The position numbers and the translations under genes were made by a program. DNA of 63,099 nt, filler included, from Kipferlia bialata (Eukaryota): NCBI GenBank assembly GCA_003568945.1. It is 4 parts of 4 records of this genome, joined end to end, with 100 filler letters (N's around TTAATTAATTAA, not from the genome) between each part and the next. Parts side by side here need not be neighbours in the genome. Positions count along the whole stretch, not along the records: positions 1 to 22,644 come from BDIP01000286.1; positions 22,745 to 45,374 come from BDIP01000287.1; 2 more parts are not named here. One strand, written 5' to 3'. Positions 10,791 to 22,849 of this stretch are shown here, piece by piece; position 1 is the first letter of the stretch; each line of letters starts with the position of its first letter. The notes beneath the pieces are model-generated. The model was given only the letters and a program-made list of their open reading frames with translations. It was not told the origin of the DNA and made no database searches.

Positions 10791-12119
10791 ACAGTTGCCC
10801 ACACATAGGGTTCAACGCTATGTTCAATTTGGGGTTTACTTCTGGATAGATATATCTATCTGTTTAGTGACTATCTTGTGGGATGTACTATAATGTTTGT
10901 GTACTATACTATAGTACTTCGTGTATGCGTGTGCATTATGGTCTGTGTGCTGGGTCAAACCACTGTTCTCGGTAATCAGTTCCGGTCCACATAAGCGACC
11001 AAGTCTGGATTACACATTCGCTGTGGCATCCAGATAGAACTGAGAGTGTCAGAATTACACGTTATCCTTGCCGCATTGACGTCGTTTGAATAGTGGTCAG
11101 TATCGGTCCGATCTGTGGGTGAATGATCCCATAATTGGACCCATTACCATTAGATCTAGCACTTACCTCTCTGTTCCCAGCATTCATGATTCATTGCCTG
11201 CCGATGGGGTTTCTCTCTCTTCAAACTGCCATGCATTGAGATTGGTAGAGCTACAATAGTGATGAGAGTGTTTACCACGAATGACTCCAGAGCCATGAGT
11301 GGGACGTTCCCACTGGGAAATCACAGTGTGATTCACACAGTATTCTATCGAGTACTAGATAATGGGCTGTATACGGGAGCAACGCTCATCACCTCAAACC
11401 TTGAGGGTCAAGGCTTGGGTCAATGAGACTATTGAGAGTCTCAATTTGACACGGTCATAGGCGAAATACTCCTCCAAATTCTGTCCTCACAGACTGAGGT
11501 AAAATCGGTGAGTACAACAGTGACCACTGGTCACGTGCCACGTGACACGTGGTAACAACTGATGATGTATCCATGGCTACAGTCCAGTGGCTAGTAGTGT
11601 GACAAGCATATATGGCTGGTTCTACAGACCCACAACCAAGCAGATTCTCTACAATGGAAGTCAAGTAGTGGAGACTGAGCTTGGTCTTCCAGGTCTAGTG
11701 ATTCTATTTCTGATTGACAGCACTACTTTGGAATCCAAAGGTTGGATAATTGCAACATGCACAACCCAATTTGGGTTGTCCAATGGGCATTCAACCGCCA
11801 AGTTGCCGGCCCCAACTCACTATAATTGCAGCCTGCAGTCTACAGGTAGTGGGAGATATCATGAATGTGACTTCATAATAGACGCATAATACAATCGGAA
11901 CACCTCAGTCTCATATTGGTTTATAAAGGCTGGTGCGTAAGACCAGGGCAGATGATAACTAGAAGCAGTAAGATACAAAAGTAAGTATATGTAGTGGACA
12001 CAACAAACAAAAACTAGGGAAACACCAAACGAGGTGGTCAGAACAATGGGCACAAGGAGTGTGCCCTCAACAGAGAATACCAGGACCCTGGTGATTCTAC
12101 ACACAGGTGCAACCCATGT

Positions 12120-14077
12120 CTAGAGGAAGGACTTCAGCTTGAGGGATGCATTGGCAATACCCACCGCTATGAGGATGATACCCGTCACCCCTACGTGGAA
12201 CTCTGCCTTGGGGTCTGTGACTATTGATGCCTCATCAGAGACAGGGAGGGAGAGAGACACGGGATGGGGGGAGGGGTCGGTGGGGGTGGAGGGCCGGGAG
12301 TCGTCAGACCCAGTCTCCAGATGGACAGCCCTGGGGGTCAGGATGGGGGGTATATAGATCTGTGACCAATACTGAGGCTGTGCTATGTGTCTAGTCTCCC
12401 CACCTACTGATGAGGGATGATACGGCAGGGTCCTGGGGGTTGGGGTGCCAGGAGTCCTGGGTCTCCAGGGAGGCACCCAGAGACTGGATGGTCCCCTCCA
12501 CAACACCGGACTCTACAGCACGATCACCCTCTGGCTCCTTGTCTCCCTCTGAGGCATCGGGAGGGGTGTGGTGGCCAAGTGTCACTGTCTGGGCGCGGGA
12601 CCTACAGGCCTCCAGGACCTGCACAGTCTCCTCAGGTACATCCACTGGGGGGTGAGGACACGTCTGCAACAGCATCTGAACCTACATCACTATCAATAGA
12701 TGAGACTAGGGGGGAGAGGCATACCTCTACTCTTTGTGCTGTGCATTGTGGTGTTTGCCCTTGTTCTCCCCCCTGCCCCCTCTGTCGATGCAGGGTGGGA
12801 GTGGGCGGGGAGGGCGGCAGTCAGCCTGTCGTTGTAGGGGGCACGCTGGGAGAAGGACCCCCTAGACCAGGATGCCACAGAGCCTGGGGGGTGAGTACCA
12901 CATGGAATACTGTCATGCTTACAGTGTAGTACCCGTACCCATCCTAGGCCTAGCCACCAGTGATCCCATCCTTCCCCTGACAACGTCACTGAGGGAGGGC
13001 CTGGGGTGAGAGAGGGAAGGTGGTGACACAAGACTACACATTCATACACCCCCCCGCTCTGCCCACCCACCTCCTGCCCTCCCCTGCCTCTATGTCTGTG
13101 TCTGTGCCTCTGTCCCCTGTCACCACACCCACATCTGCCAGCATACCCACCACAGCCAATAGGGACGAGGTGCCAGTCCTGTCCCTGCCCTGCCACGTCT
13201 CCCCCTCACACCCAGACACACTGTCTCTCTGGTGCACACTGTACACGGAGTCACAGGGCAGGGTGCCATCACCCAGGACAGGGACGCCCCTCTTGCGTCT
13301 GGGTAGGTAGAAGGACATGTAGCCTGGCAGCAGGAAGTACACTGGGGTCAGGGGTGATGAAGGGTGATGCAGGGTGACACATCAGGGTGTATGCATATGA
13401 GTAGTATAGACCACCCACCCAATGTGCCACTGGTGGCTGAGAACATGGACAGGATGAAGGAGATGCTGGGCACAAAGCTACCGACCAGGACCACAGCTGC
13501 ATAGAGGATGACCTGCCACAGACACCGGAGGCGGAAGGAGAGCTCCCTGCCGTACATCTCCTGGACCCCGAGGACATTGACACTCATCAGGAGGGGGTAG
13601 GAACACACAAGCACAACAACCTGCATCATCTGGAGGGTCAGAGAGGGTGGAAGAGGAGGCTATATATTTGGTATGTCCCACACACACTCTCCCCACCTTG
13701 ACAACCGAGCACAGCACGTTGGATGCTGGGTAGTTGAGGAGGATGTTGTCGAGGGTGTCAGGCCCAAACTGCAGAGACCCTGACACGGACATGACAGTGT
13801 TGAGGCAGCACACGATGCCGAGTGAGACGTTGATGACCTGTCTGATCTGCCTGATCCTGGCTGTCTTGCTGCCCCCGAGGTTGTTGTACAGGATGACCAC
13901 AATGAACTCACCCCCAAAGGCACCAGACATGAGGGGGAAGGCATCGCCTGGGGGTGAGGGGGAGGGGGGGGGAGAGAGAGAGCACAAGGGGGTAGAGATA
14001 TACATGTACCCACCTAGAGCAGCAGACACCGACTCCTGGGGAGTCCAGAGGGGGGAGAGAGTGCCCTGAGACATGAG

Positions 14078-14125
<48 letters not shown>

Positions 14126-15326
14126 TGCAGACAGCGAGAGAGGTACCCACCTGCACCCCTCCCACTATGCATGAGCCGAGGACAAAGAGGACCGAGAACA
14201 TACAGGCCACGATGGCAAAGAGAGACACGATGGAGAGCCTGGGGTGAGGGGAGGATATACTGACATGTCTTCTACGACATATACCCCTACAAAGCAATAT
14301 ATATATACTTATCCATACATACCTGTCCATGGATGGCAGCATGGAGAGAGCCAGCATGGGGAAGGAACACAGGAACCTAGGGTGAGACAGGGGACGGGGA
14401 CATCCAACAGACACTGACACATGCCACTTATGCATGCCACTGTACCTGGCCAGGGTGTTGTTGAGGGACGGGATGATCTGGGACAGGTAGTCACCTGGGG
14501 ATGAGTGGATAGAAGGTAGGGAGGAGGAGGAGAACAAGAGTGCTGAGGCCTCACCGGATATCATGAAGTATGCCACGCAGAACCCAAAGTACAGGGAGAT
14601 GGACAGGACAGGCACGATGCTGCTGGTGCGGGTGCCAACCATCTGGCTGGGGGTCAGACAGTGTATATACAAGAATACATAATTGAGAGACACGGGGGAA
14701 GAGAGAGAGAGTGAGTGAGAGAAGGAGAAGAGAGAGGCAACAGCCGTACCCTACGAGGTCCTTGTAGCTCTTGGCATGGGTGATGTGGGTCAGCTGGGTC
14801 ACAATCCTAGGGTGGGGGAGGGGGAGAGAGAGAGGAGTCCATATCCTGTGCCTGTACCTGTTCGATGACCTGTGGACCAGGGCACAGAACACCATCATGA
14901 TGACACCCATGATGAGACCGGTCTGGGGTGGGCAGAGGGGGGGGGAGAAAGGGGGGAGAGGAAGAAGTGAGGGGGGGGGGGCAGAGAGAGAGAGAGAGAG
15001 AGAGACCTGTCACACTTCCTCTTATGAAATAGATACAACAAGAAATCGGTGTAGTGTATCGCCTATAGTCAACAATGCACGGACAATATATATATACAGG
15101 TGCCATCCCATACCTGTGCCACCCCCCAGCTGAGTGCGAGGATGCCTGCCCCGAGCATTGAGTTGGACAGGTTGAAGGAGGTCGAGGGCACAGTGCCACT
15201 GGGGGCAGGGGGGGTATCAAGGGCGGCATCGCTATCACATATATCCACAGGGATATCCGTATCTTGTTGGACAGCAGATGCAACATGCGCATCTCTCTCT
15301 CTCTCAGTCACTGCAGAGTCAGACAT
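12120..15326 (-). CDS. Amino-acid transporter, AAAP/SLC38 (Aa_trans) family
   Basis: TM1 motif TSFNLSNSMLGAGILALSWGVAQTGLIMG, plus KSYKDL, FGFCVAYFMISGDYL, DNILLNYP and SYPL. Eleven hydrophobic segments across about 15 exons; stop at 12120. Confidence 0.9.
14081..14119. repeat. (GA)n microsatellite (intronic); similar tracts at ~18184-18217, 22399-22439 and 44750-44850
   Basis: Direct reading. Confidence 0.95.
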
Positions 15327-15786
15327 CGATGGCTATATACCACCGATGGAGTATGGTGTATATGGGCTTGGGGCTGTCAACAGAAGAGATACACATCTCG
15401 GAAACACCACTGTCGGTCAAGTCGTCTCTCTGAGTCGTCTCTCTGAGCGTCAAAGTGATCGTCGGTGTCTGGAGGTCAACGTCTATTCTTAGCCATTCTT
15501 TCTAAGCTCCATGTCACTACAATGCCATGTTATTCAGTGCTGTGTGTAACCCAGGCTGTAAGTGGTGCGTGGTGTCTCTGCAAATGATTCAGGAACCCTT
15601 CAAAGGGAGAGAGCGAGTGGCCAGAAGTGAGTTGTTGATGAATATCTGATCGGAAAATCAGATTCAGTCAGACTGACTGAGTCACTCAGTCAGTGAGTGT
15701 TACCTCAGGTGACCACCATCTCCACGGTATCACTTGATATTTATGGTACTGTATTCATGTTAATCTCTCTCTCCCTCTCTCTCTTC

Positions 15787-18181
15787 TCAGTAGTCCTTTA
15801 ACGGAATTGTTGCTACTAGTGTGGTGGGTCCGTCGAAGAATGCCTTGGCCAGATCGTACTCAAAGAAGTCTCCCTGGGGGTGAGGGGAGGGGGGGGAGAG
15901 AGAGATAGAGAGAGAGAGATAGATAGTGAGAGAGAGAGAGATAGACATATAGATCATGTGAATTAGAATCAGCCACCCTACACTAGAATGCTACTAGGCC
16001 CTAGTACCCACCTGGATGCCGAAGAATGGTGCGTCGTCGTGTGTGAACTGGGACACAAAGGGTGCCACACCAAGAGCACTCAGCATCATCAGGAGCTGCT
16101 GGGACTGATAATCAGAGAGACAAGGAGGGGGATAGACACACACAGAAGGTCTCTAGAGGGTATGAATACTTATACATATATATATATGCCGACCTGGGGT
16201 GTGTCGAGGTGGAGGTCCCCGTACTCTGAGGATATGGCCCAGGCCGTGCTGTTGTAGGGAGAGGCATTCCAGGAGACAGTCGTCTCATTGCCCTGGGGGG
16301 TAAGAGAGAGAGAGAGAGATAGAGAATAATTAGACGTCAGGTAAGTTCTCGCACCCAGTTGAACTCGTTCTGCCACACGTCGGGTGTCATTGCCATGCCA
16401 TAGGACAGACCTATCTGGAAGGCATGCACATTGTCAGAGAGGGACCCGTAGTCCACTGACACGTCGACGGTGCCTGGGGGTGGGTGACTATAGATAGGAG
16501 ATATGTGTGCAGTATCTTCTAGACTACCTGTGATGTTCAAGTACCCAGCACTCGGCATGAATGTGAGGACGGGGTCAATGGTGGGGGTGAGGTGCAGAGC
16601 AAGGGCGCTGTCGGGGTACTGGGGTGAGGGGGGGGGACTTATGGGAGCTAGTGTCTATACAGATACCCACCGCGTCGTATAGGCCTGGACACACACTGGC
16701 CACAGCAGTGGTCATCAGGTAGGACTTGAACATCGGGTTGGTCACTGGAGGTAGGAGGGTAGGTATGGCAATGCCAACTATACTATCGATCTCATGTTAA
16801 TGTCATGTGTAAGTGACTCTTCTGGTCTATATGTGTTGTCTAAGCACCAACCCCCACCTGTGCTGTATGCAATGTCCCCACTCAGGATACCATTGTGGTT
16901 GGCGGCACTGGGGTGAGGGACACTGAGGGAGAACGGTGAGAGCAGTGGTAGTCCAGTCACAGAAGAGATGAATGCTCTACTTGGACATATGCATCCCACC
17001 TGAATATGGTGTTGAATGCGTTGTTGCTGAGTATCATCTGGAAGTCATCGTTGTTGACAATGTCTGGGAGGGGGGCAGGGTGGGTCCTGGGTGAGGGTAA
17101 GGACAGAGGAGGTACTATTGAGTGGACATTTTTAGGGCAGGACATGGTTTAGGGGGGAGGGGAGGAGATAAGGTTGGGACACCTCTCTGGCCAGTCCTCT
17201 CCCTCAGCCAGGGGGTATCCATAGGAGGTGTAGTACAGACCGATGTAGCCGTCAAGCACATGGAACCCAGGGTCAATGTACCTGGGGGGGGGTCAGAAGA
17301 ACACTAGAGATACTGTGACGGTGTTGACGATGAAAGCAATCTCGTATATTGTCACCGTACCTCTGGTCTAGGCCGACATCACCAGCCAGTACGTGATACC
17401 AGTCAGCTGGAATGAGTATATGTATGAGTGTCAGGGAGGTCCGAGTCTCTTAGAAAGTGATAGAGTAAGCGCCGTGCATACCCGTCATGCCCCCACTGTT
17501 GATGGCCTCTAGCAGTGCCTCAGCCAGCATGTCAGAGAGGGTGTCTGCAAAGAGGTCCTCCATGAGGGATATGAAGGTGTTGAGGACCAGGGAGTATAGG
17601 GCAGAGGCACCCCCGTCCAGGGCAATGGTGATCTTGCCAAAGTCTATGGAGTAGGACTCAAAGGCAAACACTAACTGGGGGTGGGCAGCGCGAGTGTGAA
17701 GAATAGGATAGTGGACATGAACACATCTACACAGTATCCCGTACGTTACCGCATGTCTGGTCCACCCTGGTCAGGGAGGATATGCTGGCGGTGAGGCCTG
17801 TAACGGTGGCAGTGCCAGTGCCTAGAGGGTGAGAGACAGGGGGTGCACACTCATACAGATCATAGATACACCATCACGCACCATGGTCTGATATGTATGG
17901 GAACCCTGTCTCCTGGTACCCCCAGTTGAAGGAGAGCTGGAGGTCGGAGTCACCGCTGAGGGGTGAGACTACGGGGGGGGGGATGGGGCAGAGAGAGTAT
18001 TCAAACGTGTTCATCGGGTATGTACGTTTATATACACATCCCACTTCCAACGTACAGGAAGATACCGATGGTGCCATCTGCCTCGTTGGTGGAGACTGAG
18101 AACTCGGATATGTCCATCTCACTCATCACCATGGAGGTGATCTCAAGGTCAACGGTGGTGACTGGGTGAGGGAAGGGGGGG

Positions 18182-18220
<39 letters not shown>

Positions 18221-18760
18221 TGGAACAGGAAGTACTGTAGTATCGTTTACTGGACACATGAATCCTACGATAGAGTACATAGTTAGTGGGCTAGCTGTAC
18301 GGGAAGGGAGTAGTGCCAGATACGGATGTGCATAACACAGAGGCTACACGCATTCATGTACATATGCCTCTACTCACTTAGGAGGTCCAGCTCTGTGTTG
18401 ATGTCGTCGAACTTCATGGCCTGGGGTGGGGCTAGGGTGTTGCATATACAGAAAGGACATCGCATTGAGAAGGAACACACTGATGATTGATATGTTTCCA
18501 CATATATACATATGCACCTGTATCTGGGACACCAGTACAGGGATGGAGCCCTGGGTCAGCTTGTTGAAGCCATCCAGGGAGAATGCCACAATCATGTTGA
18601 GCTGGGGGTGAGGGAGAGAGAGAAAGAGAGAGAGAAGGAGCAAGGATGCTTCACTCTGATAGACACACTGCCGTACATCGTCCATATGGGCTGGACCGGC
18701 ATCGGGGCAACTGCACACGGCTGCCCCTACCAGCAGCAACACCAGCAGTAGCACTCTCAT
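15787..18760 (-). CDS. BPI/LBP/CETP-family (TULIP) secreted lipid-binding protein, copy 1
   Basis: Signal peptide MRVLLLVLLLVGAAVCS. Family-like segments FSLDGFNKL, FNWGYQETGFPYISDHGTGTATVTG, IDFGKITIALDGGASALYSLVLNTF and FQMILSNNAFNT. Last exon GDFFEYDLAKAFFDGPTTLVATIPLKDY*. Confidence 0.8.
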
Positions 18761-19083
18761 TACACAGAAGAAGAGAGTGTCAGAGTGGCACTGATTCCCG
18801 TTGACTTCGAAATGTTTCCGGTTGATTGACGGTCAATCATTGACCTCTCTCAATCAAAACACAGGTCCCTCTTACAGACAGCCACACACAACACCCCTAG
18901 CCACACACCACATTCGGTCATTTACTCCTCCTTTCCGAGTCCCCTTGACCCTGATAGACACTCCCAGACACACAGCACAAACGAAACCAAATACAATTAT
19001 TAACGGGAGATTAGTGAACTACCAGACACATCACAGAGAGTGATGTCATACACTTCGGCATCAGATAGGGAATGTCCTATCCC

Positions 19084-22000
19084 TCATGCATCGAGCATCA
19101 TGAGAGCCAGGCCTATCCACTTGACCACACCGGCATTGCCTGGCCTGGGTGAGGGGGGATGGGAGGGGTGTGAGGGGAGTAGAGGTAGTATGAATAATGA
19201 GTATCAGCACCATATATGCCGCACCTCCTCTCCCTGGCACTCTTGAGCAGTGCCACCAGTGAGGGTGTCCTCAGCAGGCCCTGGATCTCTGGGTCGGTGG
19301 CCAGGGCAGCCACGGTCTTGGCAGCCAGGATGTCAATCTCCCCCCCCCTGTCCCCCCCCTGTGCCCTCAGCACTCTGTTGACAGCCCTGGTGACCCCTGC
19401 CTCGTAGCACACCTTGGCACCCCCAGCCCCACTGGCCAGGGCAGACAGACACCGCATGCACAGCAACACCACAGTCTGGTCGTTGCAGAAGGCACCGGTG
19501 AGAAGGAGGTCGGTCACGTACTTGGCGTGGGTCATCAGGGCGGGCCATGCCTTGGGATACATGCTGAGGCCGGCCAGGAGGGACACAGCCCACTGGACAA
19601 CAGCTGCATCCTCCTGAGGGTGAGGAGAGGGGGAGAGAGATGTCACAGTGTGTCTCTATTAGTACCTGGTAGAGCAGGGCCAGTCTGACGCACGTGTCCA
19701 CCATGTCTGTGGCCACTGGGATGATGGAGGACACACTGCACACCTGGGTCAGGCTGTAGCACACAGAGAGCACGCGCTGCACCTGAAGGGTCAGAGAGGG
19801 GGGGGATATGTGCTATGTATGATGAGTGTGTAGTCAGCAACAATAGTATGGCACCTGGTCTGCTGGTATGTGGTGTCCACTGGATGCCCCCTTCCTCGAT
19901 AGGGTCAGGATGGAGGTAAGGACACCGGCTGACACCAGGGAGGCTGCCATATCTGCGTCACTCACGAGGGCCTGGGTGAGAGAGGGGGGGGGGGAGGGAG
20001 AGAGAGAGAGAGAGACTATGTGCAAATATATTACCCCACCTGCAGCAGACTGAGCCACGATGTAACTGCCTCCTCTGACCCTGCCTCCACACCACTCCTG
20101 ACCAACAGACCCCACTCCTCCTGGGACAGGCCCTTACAGGACAGGGGCAGAGACCCCAGCACGAGGAAGAGGTTGGCCAGGACAGAGGGGGAGGGGCCGG
20201 TCTCCCCGTGCTTGGCAGGGGCTATCAGACTAAGCACAGTGGTGCCTAGACCCTCACAGGAGCCAGAGTCCGAGGGGCAGCTCTTGCTGATCTCACTCAC
20301 TGCCCTGAGAGCATCTATGATGGACACACCCACTGTGTCATGCTGGTCGACAACCAGGGCAGCACCCTCATAGAGGTCAGACACGTCCTGGGGGTGGGGG
20401 GAGGAGTAGGTGTGTTACAGGAATGCAACTATTATCTGCGTGTACGTGAGGTAAGAGTAGTAGGATTGATAGGAGACTACTGACGCCATATACAGATATA
20501 CACCACGCACCTGTGGCCTGAGTGCCTTTCTGTCCTTGGTGTCCCTGTTGACTAGTGCCCCACACAGCCCCATCAGCACCTTGGCGGCCAGGGCCTTGAC
20601 GTCACTGGACCTGTCCCTCAGGCCTCTCTTGAGTATCCGGGGCACCCCTTGTCTGGCCAGGGTGGCAGGCTTGGAGGCAGAAGTGACGTCCAGAATCTCC
20701 AGCACGGCTAGTGTGACGTGGGAGTCTGATGTGTCCCTTCTGTGCTCATCATAGAAGGCACAGGCCCTGGCAAGGGTGTTGACAGTGGCCAGCACCCTGC
20801 TCCTGACAGCCTTGTTGTCTGCCATGCCTCTGAGCACATATACACACGATGCAACCACTCTCACACTACCATTGGCAGAGGAGTGGTGGGCTAGGACGGT
20901 GCGGGATGTGGAGACAACCTCAGACAGGGAGACAGAGAGAGAGAAGGTGGGGTGGGGGATGAGCATCTCAAGCAGTCTCAGGGCCCTCTCGCATATGACT
21001 GCGTCTCTGGTGTGCCCACCCATCAGCTGCACGCATATACCCGCAGCCCCCTGGGTGATGATGGTACCCACTAGAGAGGGCCTCTCAGCCAGAATCCTGA
21101 GAAGGGCAAGGGAGAGAGGCACCACCCTGGACCCCCCTCCCTCTGCCCTCACTGCACAGTGCAACACTGCGGCAGACAGCATACCCCACTCTGGGGCCAT
21201 GCCTCTCTCCCTGTCAGGGGCCTGACCACCGACACTGCTCTTGGACAGAGAGTGGGACTGGGTCTGGGGAGGGGCCATGTGGGGGGCTAGGGTGGTGAGG
21301 AGCTCCAGCACGGCCTCCACTGTGACAGGGGGCAGGGCATTGGAGGAGAGCAGGGACAGACACACAGACAGGGTGCGTGATCCTAACACAGCCTTGGCTA
21401 GGTCGTCATGGTAGTCTGTGCACCTCTTGAGGAAGAGGAGGCCTGCGTCCACCCTAGAGTAGTCCCCCCTCACCCTCTTGCTCTCCCTCTCAATCACAGC
21501 CACCACAGCAGAGACGGTACCCTCCGAGGACGCCCCTTCCCTACATGCCTCTCTCTCTCCATACAGGATCACACTGGCCAGGTGCCGGTGGCCACAGAGG
21601 GTGGCGAGGAGGGGGAGGGAGGAGGGGAGACGCCTAGTGGCCAGGGCCAGTATGTCTGGGGTGCATGCCTCAGTAGAGTGGGCACACACACCGGATATGC
21701 ACTCGATGGCATACCTGGCGCTGTCTCTGTCCCTCTCCCTCTCTTTCGGGTGGTCATTCAGCCAGGCAGCAAGGGTGGTGTGCAGACCCTCAGCTGCCAG
21801 GGACAGACACACACTCGGGGAGGCACAGCACCGGTACAGCAGCTCCATATTGGCAGAGACTGTCTGGGGGGTAGAGGGAGGGGGGGTGAAGAGTGTAGTA
21901 GAGATTCGCATACCTTTGCGCTGCCTCTCTTGAGCAGGAGCACTGCCACAGACCCGGCCAGGCCTGCATCGGGTGAGGAAGACAGCACATCCCTAGAGGT

Positions 22001-22395
22001 AGGCAGACAGGACAGAATGGCTCGGAGGACAGCAAGGTCCTGGGGGTGAGGGGGTAATAGGGAGGAAACATAGCTATGAAAGCATAGAGACCCCACCTGC
22101 TTCTCTGTGCCTGTCCTGAGGGATGAAGTGCGGTATGCATGGGACACCAGAGATATGGTCTTGTGCCTCAGACACCGATCACGGAACCGCTATAGGTGAG
22201 AGGAGACTAGAGTCACAGGAGAGTACATGCACGATACACTACCAAAATGTGACTGCCGCACCTTGTCTGTGCACCCCTCCTCGATGAGTCTGAGGATGTG
22301 CAGCAATGCCTCCTTCTCCTGTGGGCCAGGCACCCTGGCACTGACCAGGACAGCAAGGGCATCAGAGACTAGGGGGACAACATACTCTGGGGGTT

Positions 22396-22441
<46 letters not shown>

Positions 22442-22581
22442 TGTGGGTGTGGGTGTGTACATGTGTCTGCCACTCACCACTGGGTAGGTCGTCCTGGGCT
22501 GCCATGAGAGAGAGGGGTGCAGCACATGCTGCTATGACCCGGGGGTCAGTCTTGCACTCCGTCCACAGCAGACACAGGGAC
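19084..22581 (-). CDS. Armadillo/HEAT-repeat protein; 5' end lost in gap
   Basis: A 498-aa ORF (20415-21911) plus flanking in-phase exons contain repeated helical units (IITQGAAGICVQLM, ARQGVPRIL, VSAGVLTSILTL, YEAGVTRAVNRVL). Last exon PGNAGVVKWIGLALMMLDA*. Confidence 0.75.
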
Positions 22582-22644
22582 CTGCAATCAGAGGGAGGGG
22601 GGGGGGGGGGGGAGAGATAAGAAGCAGTACACACCACTACCCCC

Positions 22645-22744
22645 NNNNNNNNNNNNNNNNNNNNNNNNNNNNNNNNNNNNNNNNNNNNTTAATTAATTAA
22701 NNNNNNNNNNNNNNNNNNNNNNNNNNNNNNNNNNNNNNNNNNNN
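22645..22744. other. Assembly gap (N run with TTAATTAATTAA linker at 22689-22700)
   Basis: 44 N + 12-nt six-frame-stop linker + 44 N. Confidence 0.98.
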
Positions 22745-22795
<51 letters not shown>

Positions 22796-22849
22796 GTTGC
22801 TTCAGTCATATTACTTTCTTGTTTACGTTAGGCTGTCTCTGACTGCTAG

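Noticed and set aside
11455..12104. Short ORFs and a possible box C motif (~11259) in the intergenic region
   Set aside because: No recognisable protein, splice structure or matching box D.
22689..22700. TTAATTAATTAA palindrome, repeated at 45419 and 54716
   Set aside because: Artificial six-frame-stop linker centred in 100-nt N gaps.
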